In this document: positions 1-8,639 of the stretch, piece by piece | Layout of the letters: every line of letters begins with the position of its first letter | How positions within the stretch are numbered: position 1 is the first letter of the stretch | Source of the DNA: Candidatus Gottesmanbacteria bacterium RIFCSPHIGHO2_02_FULL_39_11 | GTDB lineage: Bacteria > Patescibacteriota > Microgenomatia > 2-02-FULL-39-11 | NCBI GenBank assembly: GCA_001779195.1 | Contig: MFJL01000026.1 | Span: 3,226-67,225, forward strand | Direction: 5' to 3' | DNA length: 64,000 nt | Translations under genes and position numbers: made by a program | Notes under the pieces: generated by a model | Told to the model about the DNA's origin: nothing | The model's database searches: none | The model's input: only the letters and a program-made list of their open reading frames with translations

Positions 1-841
1 TTCTCAGATGTTTTATTTTAGAGCTCCCAGATCTCCGGGAAGTGCTGCAACTTTAAAAGTAAGCGGACTTATAAATATTCCGCAGAAGCCAGGGAATTAT
101 CCGGTCGTTGTAATGCTGCGGGGGTATATTCCCCGGGAAACGTATAAACCGGGAATCGGATCACAGCCTAGTGCACAAGTCTTTGCAAAAAACGGATTTA
201 TCACACTTTCTCCTGATTTTTTAGGGTACGGAGAATCGGCAAGTTCCTCGGCAAACCCGTTTGAGGAAAGGTTTCAAACATATACGACTGCTTTGAGTTT
301 GCTCTCATCACTGACACATTTAAACACGGGACTGGATGCTAGCTATTCAGGAAATATAACTGCGGATTTGACCAAGATCGGTATTTGGGGACACAGTAAC
401 GGAGGACATATCGCTTTATCTGTATTGGCCATAAGCGGAATGGCCTATCCTACAGTACTGTGGGCACCGGTTTCTCAGTCATTCCCCTATTCCATTCTCT
501 ATTATACGGACGAGTATGATGACGGTGGAAAAGCACTTCGGAAAGTTCTTTCTAATTTCGAACAGGAGTATGACACGGATATGTTCTCACCTTCCCGGTA
601 CTACTCGTGGATTAAAGCTCCTCTTCAAATCCATCAGGGGCTTTCTGACCGTGAAGTTCTGCCCTGGTGGTCTCTCGATCTTACAAAAATACTGAAGAAA
701 AATGATATCGACGTAACATATTTAACTTACCCAAACGCCGATCATAATTTACTTCCGAGCGGATGGACAAATGCAGTCCAAAGCAGTATTAATTTTTACA
801 ACGATCATTTTTACAAAAAATTTGGTATAATCTTACCATAA
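1..841 (+). CDS. Alpha/beta hydrolase (S9 peptidase-like), probably 5'-partial
   Basis: GHSNGG nucleophile elbow, Asp in GLSDREV, His in ADHNL; frame is open to the window edge. Confidence 0.8.
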   Translation, partial: SQMFYFRAPRSPGSAATLKVSGLINIPQKPGNYPVVVMLRGYIPRETYKPGIGSQPSAQVFAKNGFITLSPDFLGYGESASSSANPFEERFQTYTTALSLLSSLTHLNTGLDASYSGNITADLTKIGIWGHSNGGHIALSVLAISGMAYPTVLWAPVSQSFPYSILYYTDEYDDGGKALRKVLSNFEQEYDTDMFSPSRYYSWIKAPLQIHQGLSDREVLPWWSLDLTKILKKNDIDVTYLTYPNADHNLLPSGWTNAVQSSINFYNDHFYKKFGIILP

Positions 842-899
842 TTGGTAAAGCGTTTGAGTTTATACCGCTCTTTCCGATCCCGATTTAATCGGGAGCGGA

Positions 900-948
900 T
901 TAGCACTGTAAAATTTTTAAAAAAAATTTTACAGTGTAAAAGAGGTTT
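900..948. repeat. Palindromic element, copy 1 (CACTGTAAAA...TTTTACAGTG)
   Basis: Near-identical ~48-bp copy at 8286-8334 in the same orientation. Confidence 0.85.
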
Positions 949-990
949 CCCGCTAAACGATTCTTGAAAAAGAGCGCAGCATATGATAAA

Positions 991-1124
991 TATGACGGAA
1001 GGACACCGTAGAAATAATCCAAAGTGTGTCGTAGTTAAACGGAGCACTAATAAGAATCTTAATCGATTGAAGCAAGGTGGTACCACGAGTTAACCTCGTC
1101 CTTGTCAAAGGAGGAGGTTTTTTT
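991..1124 (+). ncRNA. T-box riboswitch, probably Pro-specific, with short stem I
   Basis: Antiterminator CAAGG-TGGTACC-ACGAG-TTAAC-CTCGT-CCTTG (1073-1104); alternative hairpin CCTCGTCCTT-GTCA-AAGGAGGAGG followed by T7; candidate CCA specifier at 1019-1021; lies before proB. Confidence 0.85.
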
Positions 1125-1937
1125 GTGGAAAATTCAGAAAGAAAAATACATTTAGATCAAGAAGAAACAGAGAAATTTATTTCTCAAAAAATTATTGTCA
1201 AAATCGGAAGCAGCACCATTACCGGAGGAAGAGAAGCACTGGATACTGCCTTTATATCTGATATTGCCCGCCAGATAAGCTACCTTAAAAAAAAGAATTT
1301 GAATGTGGCAATCGTCTCATCCGGAGCAGTTGCATGCGGAAAACACAGAGTTTCAAATTACGATGGGAGTATCCTCAGCCGTCAGCGTGCAGCAGCCAGA
1401 GGACAAAGAATCCTCATCCAAAAATGGGCAGATGCATTTGAAACCTATGGTATGGAAGTTGATCAAATACTGATTAATGATGACAACTTTCCTTCCGCAA
1501 AAAATCTTCTGAATTCTCTTCTTGCCGATCCTGTAGGTATTCCAATAATAAATGCAAATGACGCGGTAAGTGATCATGAGATGAAACAACTTTTAATTTC
1601 TGCCGATAATGATAGACTGGCTGGTTTTGTTGCCGGAGCAGTAGGAGCAGATACCGTATTTTTACTGAGTGATGTTGATGGAATTAAAGATAGAGAAGGT
1701 AATATTGTACCAACTATATATACTCATAATTACTCAGGAGAAAATATAATTTTTAGGGGAAGATCAGAAACCGGAACAGGAGGAATGGAATCAAAACATC
1801 AAGTTGCAATGGAATTAGCAGAGCAAAATATGAGAGTTGTCATCGGAAACGGAAGAGAAGAAAATATTCTGATAAGAGGAGCAAAGGGTGAAAGTGTGGG
1901 GACTTTATACTTCGCACCCTCCTCCACCTTGCAGTGA
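1125..1937 (+). CDS. proB: Glutamate 5-kinase without PUA domain
   Basis: IVKIGSS, VSSGAVACG, NAND, DNDRLA, GTGGMESK; start moved to GTG 1125 after AAGGAGGAGG. Confidence 0.9.
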   Translation: MENSERKIHLDQEETEKFISQKIIVKIGSSTITGGREALDTAFISDIARQISYLKKKNLNVAIVSSGAVACGKHRVSNYDGSILSRQRAAARGQRILIQKWADAFETYGMEVDQILINDDNFPSAKNLLNSLLADPVGIPIINANDAVSDHEMKQLLISADNDRLAGFVAGAVGADTVFLLSDVDGIKDREGNIVPTIYTHNYSGENIIFRGRSETGTGGMESKHQVAMELAEQNMRVVIGNGREENILIRGAKGESVGTLYFAPSSTLQ

Positions 1938-1946
1938 GATTTGCGT

Positions 1947-2771
1947 TTATTTTGAAGTTTTTTTACTTTCATGTTTTGCTACCTTTAGCATGAACCAAAC
2001 TAACAAGATTATCCCCATAAGAACAGCAATATCTAATAGGGGATTTGAAAGTTTTGAAGACAGGTTGAAAATAAATGTCCGAAGATTTTTGGCATAAGCC
2101 TCGTTTTCATCCATTATGATCTTATCGGTAAGCGCCATATAAGCGATAATAACTGATGACACCATAAAGAGAACACTTGCTGCCAGTTTTAAGGGTTTTT
2201 CTGTTTTGCTTTTTATCTTATACAGATACTGATTGGTAAGCTTTTCATAAAATAAGGATAGAAAAAAAAGAGGAAAGACTATTCCTAAAACGTAGACAAA
2301 TGAAACGATAAGAGAAGTAAGAATTGTCGGGGATAAGGATGATAGAGTAATTGCTGCAAATAGGACAGGGGCACAGCAGGATGAAGTAATGCCAGAAAAA
2401 AGTCCTAATACATAGGTCGAGAAAACGGTCGTTTTGGTTGGCATGGTAAAGTGAGGAAGCGGTAGCATCAGTTTGGTATCAAAAAGGGTCATTAACCCCA
2501 GAAGAAACATAAGAAGAGCTCCTAATAAGTAGGTAGTAGTATGAAACTGGTCAAACACCGAGACAATGATTTTCATGCCAAGCGCAACCGGAACGAGTAT
2601 CGAGCCTAAGCCTAGAGCGAATACTAGTGTCAGAAGAACAATCCGTTTCCTTTCCTTAAAAATAGTACCTAAATAGGAAGGAAATAAAAAAGTGATACAG
2701 CAGGGGGCAAAAAGGGCTACCATTCCGCCTAAAAAAGATGCCGTTAGTGATACTCCGAAAAGTGCAGTCAT
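1947..2771 (-). CDS. Cytochrome c biogenesis CcdA/DsbD-family membrane protein
   Basis: FAPCC and SSCCAPVL motifs in a multi-TM protein. Confidence 0.8.
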   Translation of the reverse strand: MTALFGVSLTASFLGGMVALFAPCCITFLFPSYLGTIFKERKRIVLLTLVFALGLGSILVPVALGMKIIVSVFDQFHTTTYLLGALLMFLLGLMTLFDTKLMLPLPHFTMPTKTTVFSTYVLGLFSGITSSCCAPVLFAAITLSSLSPTILTSLIVSFVYVLGIVFPLFFLSLFYEKLTNQYLYKIKSKTEKPLKLAASVLFMVSSVIIAYMALTDKIIMDENEAYAKNLRTFIFNLSSKLSNPLLDIAVLMGIILLVWFMLKVAKHESKKTSK

Positions 2772-2773
2772 AA

Positions 2774-3286
2774 CTAGTTTACATTCGCCTTAACGGTAAA
2801 ATTCAACCTCGGATTATTCGGGTCATTTGTCTCCATAAACACGTCACGACTTACCTCTCCTTTAACCGGCATGATAAAAGGACGATATATAACAGATAAA
2901 GTTGCTTTCTTCCCCGGAGCAATTGTTCCAACCCATGGATTTTTGGAGTGCATGGAGAATTCAGGACTTACTTTCCCATCGATGGTTATCTGACCATAAG
3001 TACAATCACACGATGAGCTTATCTTAAAAAGGGAAAGAGGTTTCAGGCCGTTATTAACGATCGTAAATTCTGCAGATTTCTCATCTTTAACATTCATATT
3101 TCCTAGATCGGAAAAGAAAGATGATACGCTCGCCTCCGGCTTCTCTTTATCGTTTGCTCTGTAACTGGTTATATTGGAAGCTGCCTGGCTCTGTTTTCCT
3201 TCATTAATGGAAAAAAGAACAATGAGTACCAAAAGAAGCACGGTAATTCCGCCAATAATGTAAAAAACTAGCTTGTCCGTACCCAT
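2774..3286 (-). CDS. Membrane-anchored DUF1573-like Ig-fold protein
   Basis: N-terminal TM, SSCDCT, FSMH, IAPGK, TNDP motifs. Confidence 0.7.
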   Translation of the reverse strand: MGTDKLVFYIIGGITVLLLVLIVLFSINEGKQSQAASNITSYRANDKEKPEASVSSFFSDLGNMNVKDEKSAEFTIVNNGLKPLSLFKISSSCDCTYGQITIDGKVSPEFSMHSKNPWVGTIAPGKKATLSVIYRPFIMPVKGEVSRDVFMETNDPNNPRLNFTVKANVN

Positions 3287-3288
3287 AT

Positions 3289-6246
3289 TTACTTTCCGGA
3301 GCTGACTCGGACATTTGACATCGGTTTTTCAGGTGTTGCCATGGTTGAGCTAATTTTGGCAAATCCGGCAAAGATTAAACTAAAAATAATAATCATGACA
3401 GTAGGAGCAATAAATGATAGGTAGTTTCTGCGGTGCGGCTGAAAATAGCGTAGAGTCAGAGAATTACTAACCACTGATACAGACGACAAGGCCATAGCAA
3501 GTCCGGCAAGTTCCGGTTTGAGCACCAGTCCGGCAAATGCCAGCGCTCGTGCTGCAACCGGAATTCCAATCACATTGTAAAACAGGGCAAAGAACATATT
3601 CTGTTTGATTTTACCCATCGTTTCTTTTGATAAGTTAATTGCTGTCGCGACATCTCTTAAATCATTTTTTACAATGACAATTCCCCCCGCTTCCATAGCC
3701 ACATCGGTTCCAGAACCCATAGCAATTCCTAAATCTGCTTGTGCTAGAGCCGGAGCATCATTAATACCGTCTCCGACCATGGCAACCGTCTTACTTTGTT
3801 CCTGAAGTTTCTTCACCTCGCTTGCCTTATCCTGAGGCAATACTTCTGCAAGAACATTGGTTATTCCTAATTGTTTGGCTATAGCTTCTGCCGTTTTCCG
3901 GTTATCGCCCGTTATCATATAGACAGCTATATTCTTTGCTGTTAGTTTTTGAATGGCTTCCCGGGATGTCTCTTTGAGAGTATCCGCAACGGCAACAGTA
4001 CCTATAATTTCTTTGTTGTTGGAAAGAAGCATTACCGTTTTTCCTTGTTCCTCAAGTCGTACTACTTTTCTGTCGACTCTATCAATTGGTAAGCCGACAA
4101 CATCAGTTGTCAGTTTTCTATTTCCAAAATAATACGTTTCACCGTTAATAACCCCTTGTACTCCGTGTCCGGCAATTGCCTTAAACTGCTCGACTCCGGA
4201 TGTTTTTATCGATTCTTCATTTGCATAAGTTACGATTGCCTCAGCCAAAGGATGCTCAGAAGAACGCTCAAGACTTGCTGCAAGAGAAAGAACATCGTTC
4301 TCATCAAAGTCAGAAAAGCAATCGACGTCAGTAACTACAGGCTTACCGTTTGTCAGTGTGCCCGTCTTATCAAAAATTACAACATTCACCTTACAAGCCT
4401 TTTCAAGCGGCTCACCGCCTTTTATTAATATGCCGTGTTCAGCACCTTTTCCGGTTCCTACCATAAGAGCGGTTGGAGTTGCCAGTCCCAACGCGCATGG
4501 ACAGGCGATGACTATCACTGCCGTAAATGCCATAAGTGCATAGGAAAGCGGTGCACCGATTACAAAAAACCATACAACAAAGGTAAGAAGTGCAATCGCA
4601 ATTACAGCCGGGACAAAGTATGCTGATATTTTATCGGCGAAAGCTTGAATAGGAGCTTTGCTTCCTTGAGCTTCTTCAATAAGTCTGATTATCTGAGACA
4701 ATGTTGTTTCCGATCCCACACGGGTTGCTTCAAATTCAAAACTGCCCATCTTATTCATAGTAGCGCCAATAACTGTATCACCAATATTTTTCTCAACCGG
4801 GATACTTTCACCGGTTACCATGGACTCGTCAATACTTGATGAACCCTTTATTATTTTCCCGTCAACTGGTATCTTTTCACCCGGTCTAACCAAAATAACA
4901 TCTCCTTTAACTACTTCATCAATCGGTATATCTAGCGTTTGATTGCCGCGCACCACTCGTGCAGTTTTTGCCTGAAGACCCATCAGCTTTTTTATGGCGT
5001 CTGATGTCTGTCCTTTAGCACGAAGTTCGAGCCATTTTCCTAAAAGAACAAAGGTAATAAGAAATGCCGCTGTTTCAAAATACAGTTCAGGAATTTTTTC
5101 TCCGTTTAGACCAATAAATGAACCGGTCCTAAGACTGTAGAATAGAAAATTATAGATACTGTATAGAAATGCAGTTGACGTTCCGATTGCTATAAGACTG
5201 TCCATATTAAACGTCTTCATACGAAGAGCAGATATCATTCCTTTATAGAAACTGTTTCCTAAGAAGATTTGGACCGGTGAGGCAAGAAGAAAAGAGATAG
5301 CTCCTACATACGGAAGTAAAATAGTCTTTCCCGGAATGAAAGGGAAGAAGTCAAAAAGCATAAAGTAGAGCATGGGAAAACTTAGCACAAAACCCATAAT
5401 GAATTTATTACGGGCTTTTTTTATTTCTTTCTGCCTTTTTTTTGACTCGAAAGTAGCATCTTTCTGATTGACAATTTCCGCTTTATATCCTGCTCTCTCC
5501 ACGGCCTTAATCAGTAAGTCAACAGACGTTTTTGCTAGGTTAAAATCAACGAGAGCTTTTTCTGCCGCGAAGTTGACATTTGCCTGCGATACGCCATCTA
5601 CTTTTTTTAAGGATCTCTCGATAATTGCCGCACAGGAGGAACAGTGCATCCCTGAAAGGGATAGATTGACTCTTGTAGTTTGAGATGCAATATTTTCCTG
5701 TTTTTGTATGCTTTTATTTTCTCTATCTTTCCCAATTTCAGGTGTATTTGCAGAAGATGTGATTCCGTCAAAAAGTCTGATTACATCAAGTGAAGAGACA
5801 AGATTCTCTAAATACTCCTTAGACGTTTTTTGATTTTCCGGAACAGATACCTTTACTTGGCGGTTGTTCTTGAGCACTCCTTCAAAATACGATTTACCTT
5901 CAGGATCTTGTCGTACTTTTCCTTCGGCTACGATTTCCGATTCCAATGAAAACTTAAGAGGTTTTCCTGTTGGAATAACTTCTTGCTCTATATTCATTCC
6001 ATTTCCCAATACAGCATTCCCATTTCCGTTACTTTCAACTTTCGCTTCATATCCGGCACGAGCAATGGCAGAAACAATATTCCGTAATGATCCGTCATTA
6101 TCATCTGCTACCAGACTGGCAGCACCTGTTTTATGATCGATGGATCTCACCTGTACCCCAGGAATTTCCGACAGTTCATCTTTAATAAGAGCTTCACATG
6201 AACTACAATGCATTCCCGAGATAGTAAAGTTTATGTTTGTTGTCAT
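3289..6246 (-). CDS. copA: Cu(I)-translocating P1B-type ATPase with two HMA domains
   Basis: Two [34 protein letters not shown] and MxxSS motifs. Confidence 0.93.
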   Translation of the reverse strand: MTTNINFTISGMHCSSCEALIKDELSEIPGVQVRSIDHKTGAASLVADDNDGSLRNIVSAIARAGYEAKVESNGNGNAVLGNGMNIEQEVIPTGKPLKFSLESEIVAEGKVRQDPEGKSYFEGVLKNNRQVKVSVPENQKTSKEYLENLVSSLDVIRLFDGITSSANTPEIGKDRENKSIQKQENIASQTTRVNLSLSGMHCSSCAAIIERSLKKVDGVSQANVNFAAEKALVDFNLAKTSVDLLIKAVERAGYKAEIVNQKDATFESKKRQKEIKKARNKFIMGFVLSFPMLYFMLFDFFPFIPGKTILLPYVGAISFLLASPVQIFLGNSFYKGMISALRMKTFNMDSLIAIGTSTAFLYSIYNFLFYSLRTGSFIGLNGEKIPELYFETAAFLITFVLLGKWLELRAKGQTSDAIKKLMGLQAKTARVVRGNQTLDIPIDEVVKGDVILVRPGEKIPVDGKIIKGSSSIDESMVTGESIPVEKNIGDTVIGATMNKMGSFEFEATRVGSETTLSQIIRLIEEAQGSKAPIQAFADKISAYFVPAVIAIALLTFVVWFFVIGAPLSYALMAFTAVIVIACPCALGLATPTALMVGTGKGAEHGILIKGGEPLEKACKVNVVIFDKTGTLTNGKPVVTDVDCFSDFDENDVLSLAASLERSSEHPLAEAIVTYANEESIKTSGVEQFKAIAGHGVQGVINGETYYFGNRKLTTDVVGLPIDRVDRKVVRLEEQGKTVMLLSNNKEIIGTVAVADTLKETSREAIQKLTAKNIAVYMITGDNRKTAEAIAKQLGITNVLAEVLPQDKASEVKKLQEQSKTVAMVGDGINDAPALAQADLGIAMGSGTDVAMEAGGIVIVKNDLRDVATAINLSKETMGKIKQNMFFALFYNVIGIPVAARALAFAGLVLKPELAGLAMALSSVSVVSNSLTLRYFQPHRRNYLSFIAPTVMIIIFSLIFAGFAKISSTMATPEKPMSNVRVSSGK

Positions 6247-6249
6247 ATC

Positions 6250-6465
6250 TTATGCTTCTAAAACGGTATAGGGCATACCCGACAGTGCAGTGATAATATC
6301 GGACACTTTCAACTCATTGCTGCTTGTTATCGTCGTTTCTCCGTTATTGTTTTTAATCGCCACATCTGTAACTCCTGTAAGCCTTCCCACTTTTTTCTTA
6401 ATCAATTTGACACAAGCTTCGCAGGTTATCCCTGAAATTTTTAAAGTTAAAGTGTAATTATTCAT
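6250..6465 (-). CDS. copZ: Copper chaperone (HMA domain)
   Basis: GITCEAC in a 71-aa protein. Confidence 0.8.
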   Translation of the reverse strand: MNNYTLTLKISGITCEACVKLIKKKVGRLTGVTDVAIKNNNGETTITSSNELKVSDIITALSGMPYTVLEA

Positions 6466-8228
6466 AGAACTTTGATAACTCCCCGTGGTACACCCATTGC
6501 ACAGGTAATAGGATAATTTCCTTTTCCATTCGGGGTGAAATTGAAGGTAATTGTTTTACCTTTCGCCAAATATTGAGGATCATCTACCAGTCTTGGAATA
6601 GTTATGGTTCCCATGCACCCCGACCCGTTATCTTTAACATCTATTTCCATCCTTACCGGTGTTCCAGCTTTTACAGAAAACTCATTAGGAGAAATATCCC
6701 GGTCAGCAGTATATGTTGTTTTTATAACCTGTACGGCACCTTCCCGTTTTGCTTCTTGGGCAACAACGGGTTGTTGGACAGCTTGTTTTGCCCCTCCTCC
6801 ACAACCGCAACCGCCCGTCCCGCATGATACTCCGCTTTTTGCCGGCGGTGCCTGCGCAACTGCATCCGTACTTTTTTCAACTACATTAAAAACTCCCGTA
6901 TACATGCCCATACTGCATGAGAAAGGCAATCTTCCAACGTCTGTTGGGGTAAATTCTATGGTATTGTCACCTAATTCAAGATTTTTCCGTATGCCAAGGC
7001 GGGATATAATGATGGCACTGGCACACGTATTAGAATCAGTTGAGTTGATTTCCCATTTCACCGGAACATCTTTTACGACAGTAAATATATTCGGATTATA
7101 TCCGTTTGCCGACTGCGTCATCTTAACGACTTGAAAACCATCCACAATAGTATTGACAGAAGATGCAGCCAATACATTCTGATTAGAAGAAAAAAGATAT
7201 GCAGGAGATAATCCCATCAAATTTAATCCGTTTTGAGCATTGAAAAACGCTAGTATTGTAACGACAACACCGGCAAATTTGAAGAATTTTTGGGCAAAAT
7301 ATCCTTTGATGACGGATGTCACTCCTCCGACACCTAATAATCCGGGAGCAGTACCCAAAGCAAAAATACCCATGATGGTGGCCCCTCTGATAAAACTGCC
7401 GCTACTCATAGCCAAAAGCTGCATCGCTTGGGTAAAACCGCAGGGAAGAAAAAAAGTCAATCCGCCCAGGATGAATGCATTTTTATGACTGTATTCTTTA
7501 TTCTGCTGCTCTTTTATCCCCAACGCCTTACTTATTCCTGTTGGAAGAGTGAAATGGGCATTGCTGATCCTGGGAAACAGTCCGGTAAGTTGCAATCCGA
7601 GCATCAACATAACCAGAGCTACTCCCAAGGTAAGAAGACCTAAACCAAAGCCAGATAGCTGAAAAAATGATCCGATTAGGCCAATAACACCGCCCAGTAT
7701 TACGTAAGAGGTGATTCTTCCGAAATTAAAAAAAAGATGGGGTTTAAATTTTTCATACACTGATGCATTAGGATTTTTTTCTGAAAAACGGGCAGATACC
7801 CCAAGCACCAGACCTCCCACAAGCGCCATGCAGGTAGAGAGACCTGCGGTTATTCCTATCAGGAATATGGGTATCAGACCGGACGGACGGGAAATAGAAG
7901 TACTGAATAATTTGTTTAAACCAAATATATCGACAAGAATAAAAAGAAAGGAAAGCACAATAACTGAAATGATAATATCTTTGTAGTCATTAATGTTTTT
8001 AGAAAAAAGCGGTTTTTCCTCCTCGTAACCAACTTGATACCCTGCCCGCTCTACTGACTGTATAATTGTGCCATCATTTAAGTAGTTTTCGTGATAAAGT
8101 TCTGCACATTTTTTCCGCTGGGAAACGGTAACTTTTTTCACTCCGGGGATGTCTTTTAATTCATCCTCAATTAAAAGTTCGCAGGATCTGCAGTGCATTC
8201 CTTGAATTGGAACAGTAGTGATTCTCAT
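6462..8228 (-). CDS. HMA + DsbD_2/UreH-like membrane domain + two cupredoxin-like domains
   Basis: GMHCRSC; STCMALVGG and LPCGFTQ; FSCSMGM and ITCAMGV; Cys/Gly linker SCGTGGCGCGGG. Confidence 0.85.
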   Translation of the reverse strand: MRITTVPIQGMHCRSCELLIEDELKDIPGVKKVTVSQRKKCAELYHENYLNDGTIIQSVERAGYQVGYEEEKPLFSKNINDYKDIIISVIVLSFLFILVDIFGLNKLFSTSISRPSGLIPIFLIGITAGLSTCMALVGGLVLGVSARFSEKNPNASVYEKFKPHLFFNFGRITSYVILGGVIGLIGSFFQLSGFGLGLLTLGVALVMLMLGLQLTGLFPRISNAHFTLPTGISKALGIKEQQNKEYSHKNAFILGGLTFFLPCGFTQAMQLLAMSSGSFIRGATIMGIFALGTAPGLLGVGGVTSVIKGYFAQKFFKFAGVVVTILAFFNAQNGLNLMGLSPAYLFSSNQNVLAASSVNTIVDGFQVVKMTQSANGYNPNIFTVVKDVPVKWEINSTDSNTCASAIIISRLGIRKNLELGDNTIEFTPTDVGRLPFSCSMGMYTGVFNVVEKSTDAVAQAPPAKSGVSCGTGGCGCGGGAKQAVQQPVVAQEAKREGAVQVIKTTYTADRDISPNEFSVKAGTPVRMEIDVKDNGSGCMGTITIPRLVDDPQYLAKGKTITFNFTPNGKGNYPITCAMGVPRGVIKVL

Positions 8229-8256
8229 AAAATATCTATACCCATCTTACTCAGGT

Positions 8257-8277
8257 TTGCAACTAGAATAGTTGCAA
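8257..8277. promoter_or_regulatory. Inverted repeat TTGCAACTA-GAA-TAGTTGCAA, candidate operator
   Basis: Perfect 9-bp arms about 30 bp upstream of the 8228 start; cognate regulator unknown. Confidence 0.5.
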
Positions 8278-8285
8278 TAGCTCAC

Positions 8286-8404
8286 TTAGCACTGTAAAAT
8301 TTTTTAAAAAAAATTTACAGTGTAAAATGGGTTTATACTGAAAAAGGCGTTTTTCAGTATATATGCTGGAAAAACATATTTCAACCTCGAGTTTTTTCAG
8401 TATA
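8286..8404. repeat. Palindrome cluster: copy 2 of the 900 element plus two (T)ACTGAAAAA-type hairpins
   Basis: 8286-8334 matches 900-948; TATACTGAAAAA-GGCG-TTTTTCAGTATA follows; a third, degenerate hairpin ends near 8404. Confidence 0.8.
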
Positions 8405-8429
8405 TTAGGTAATTTTAGTAATAACGACT

Positions 8430-8462
8430 ATCTTACCAATACAGTTATTAAGATTTTATGAG
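8430..8462 (-). promoter_or_regulatory. Response-regulator box + -10 promoter
   Basis: Minus strand CTCAT-AAAAT-CTTAAT, 11 nt, TAAGAT; same architecture at 12278-12310, 17423-17455, 19544-19576. Confidence 0.65.
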
Positions 8463-8488
8463 TACCGGGCACAAAAAATTTATTCGTA

Positions 8489-8623
8489 TTATTTCCTTTC
8501 CTTTTTCGTGATCTCCTTGGCGAAATAAATGATACCGAGAATAAGAAAAACAATAACTAATAACCATATCAGTGAACCAAATATTCCCCAGCCAGACATC
8601 ATATTTGAGTAATATCCCATCAT
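8489..8623 (-). CDS. 44-aa single-TM Met/Gly-rich protein (not in ORF track)
   Basis: MMGYYSNMMSGWGIFGSLIWLLVIVFLILGIIYFAKEITKKERK; AAGGAGG SD just after the ATPase stop. Confidence 0.75.
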   Translation of the reverse strand: MMGYYSNMMSGWGIFGSLIWLLVIVFLILGIIYFAKEITKKERK

Positions 8624-8639
8624 AATAAGCCACCTCCTT

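Noticed and set aside
900-8334. Composite transposon bounded by the 48-bp repeats
   Set aside because: No transposase or target duplication; the boundary would split the copper cluster; better explained as a dispersed palindrome family.
8448-8633. 61-aa track ORF
   Set aside because: Shadow of the 44-aa ORF 8489-8623, which has a well-spaced SD and coherent TM sequence.
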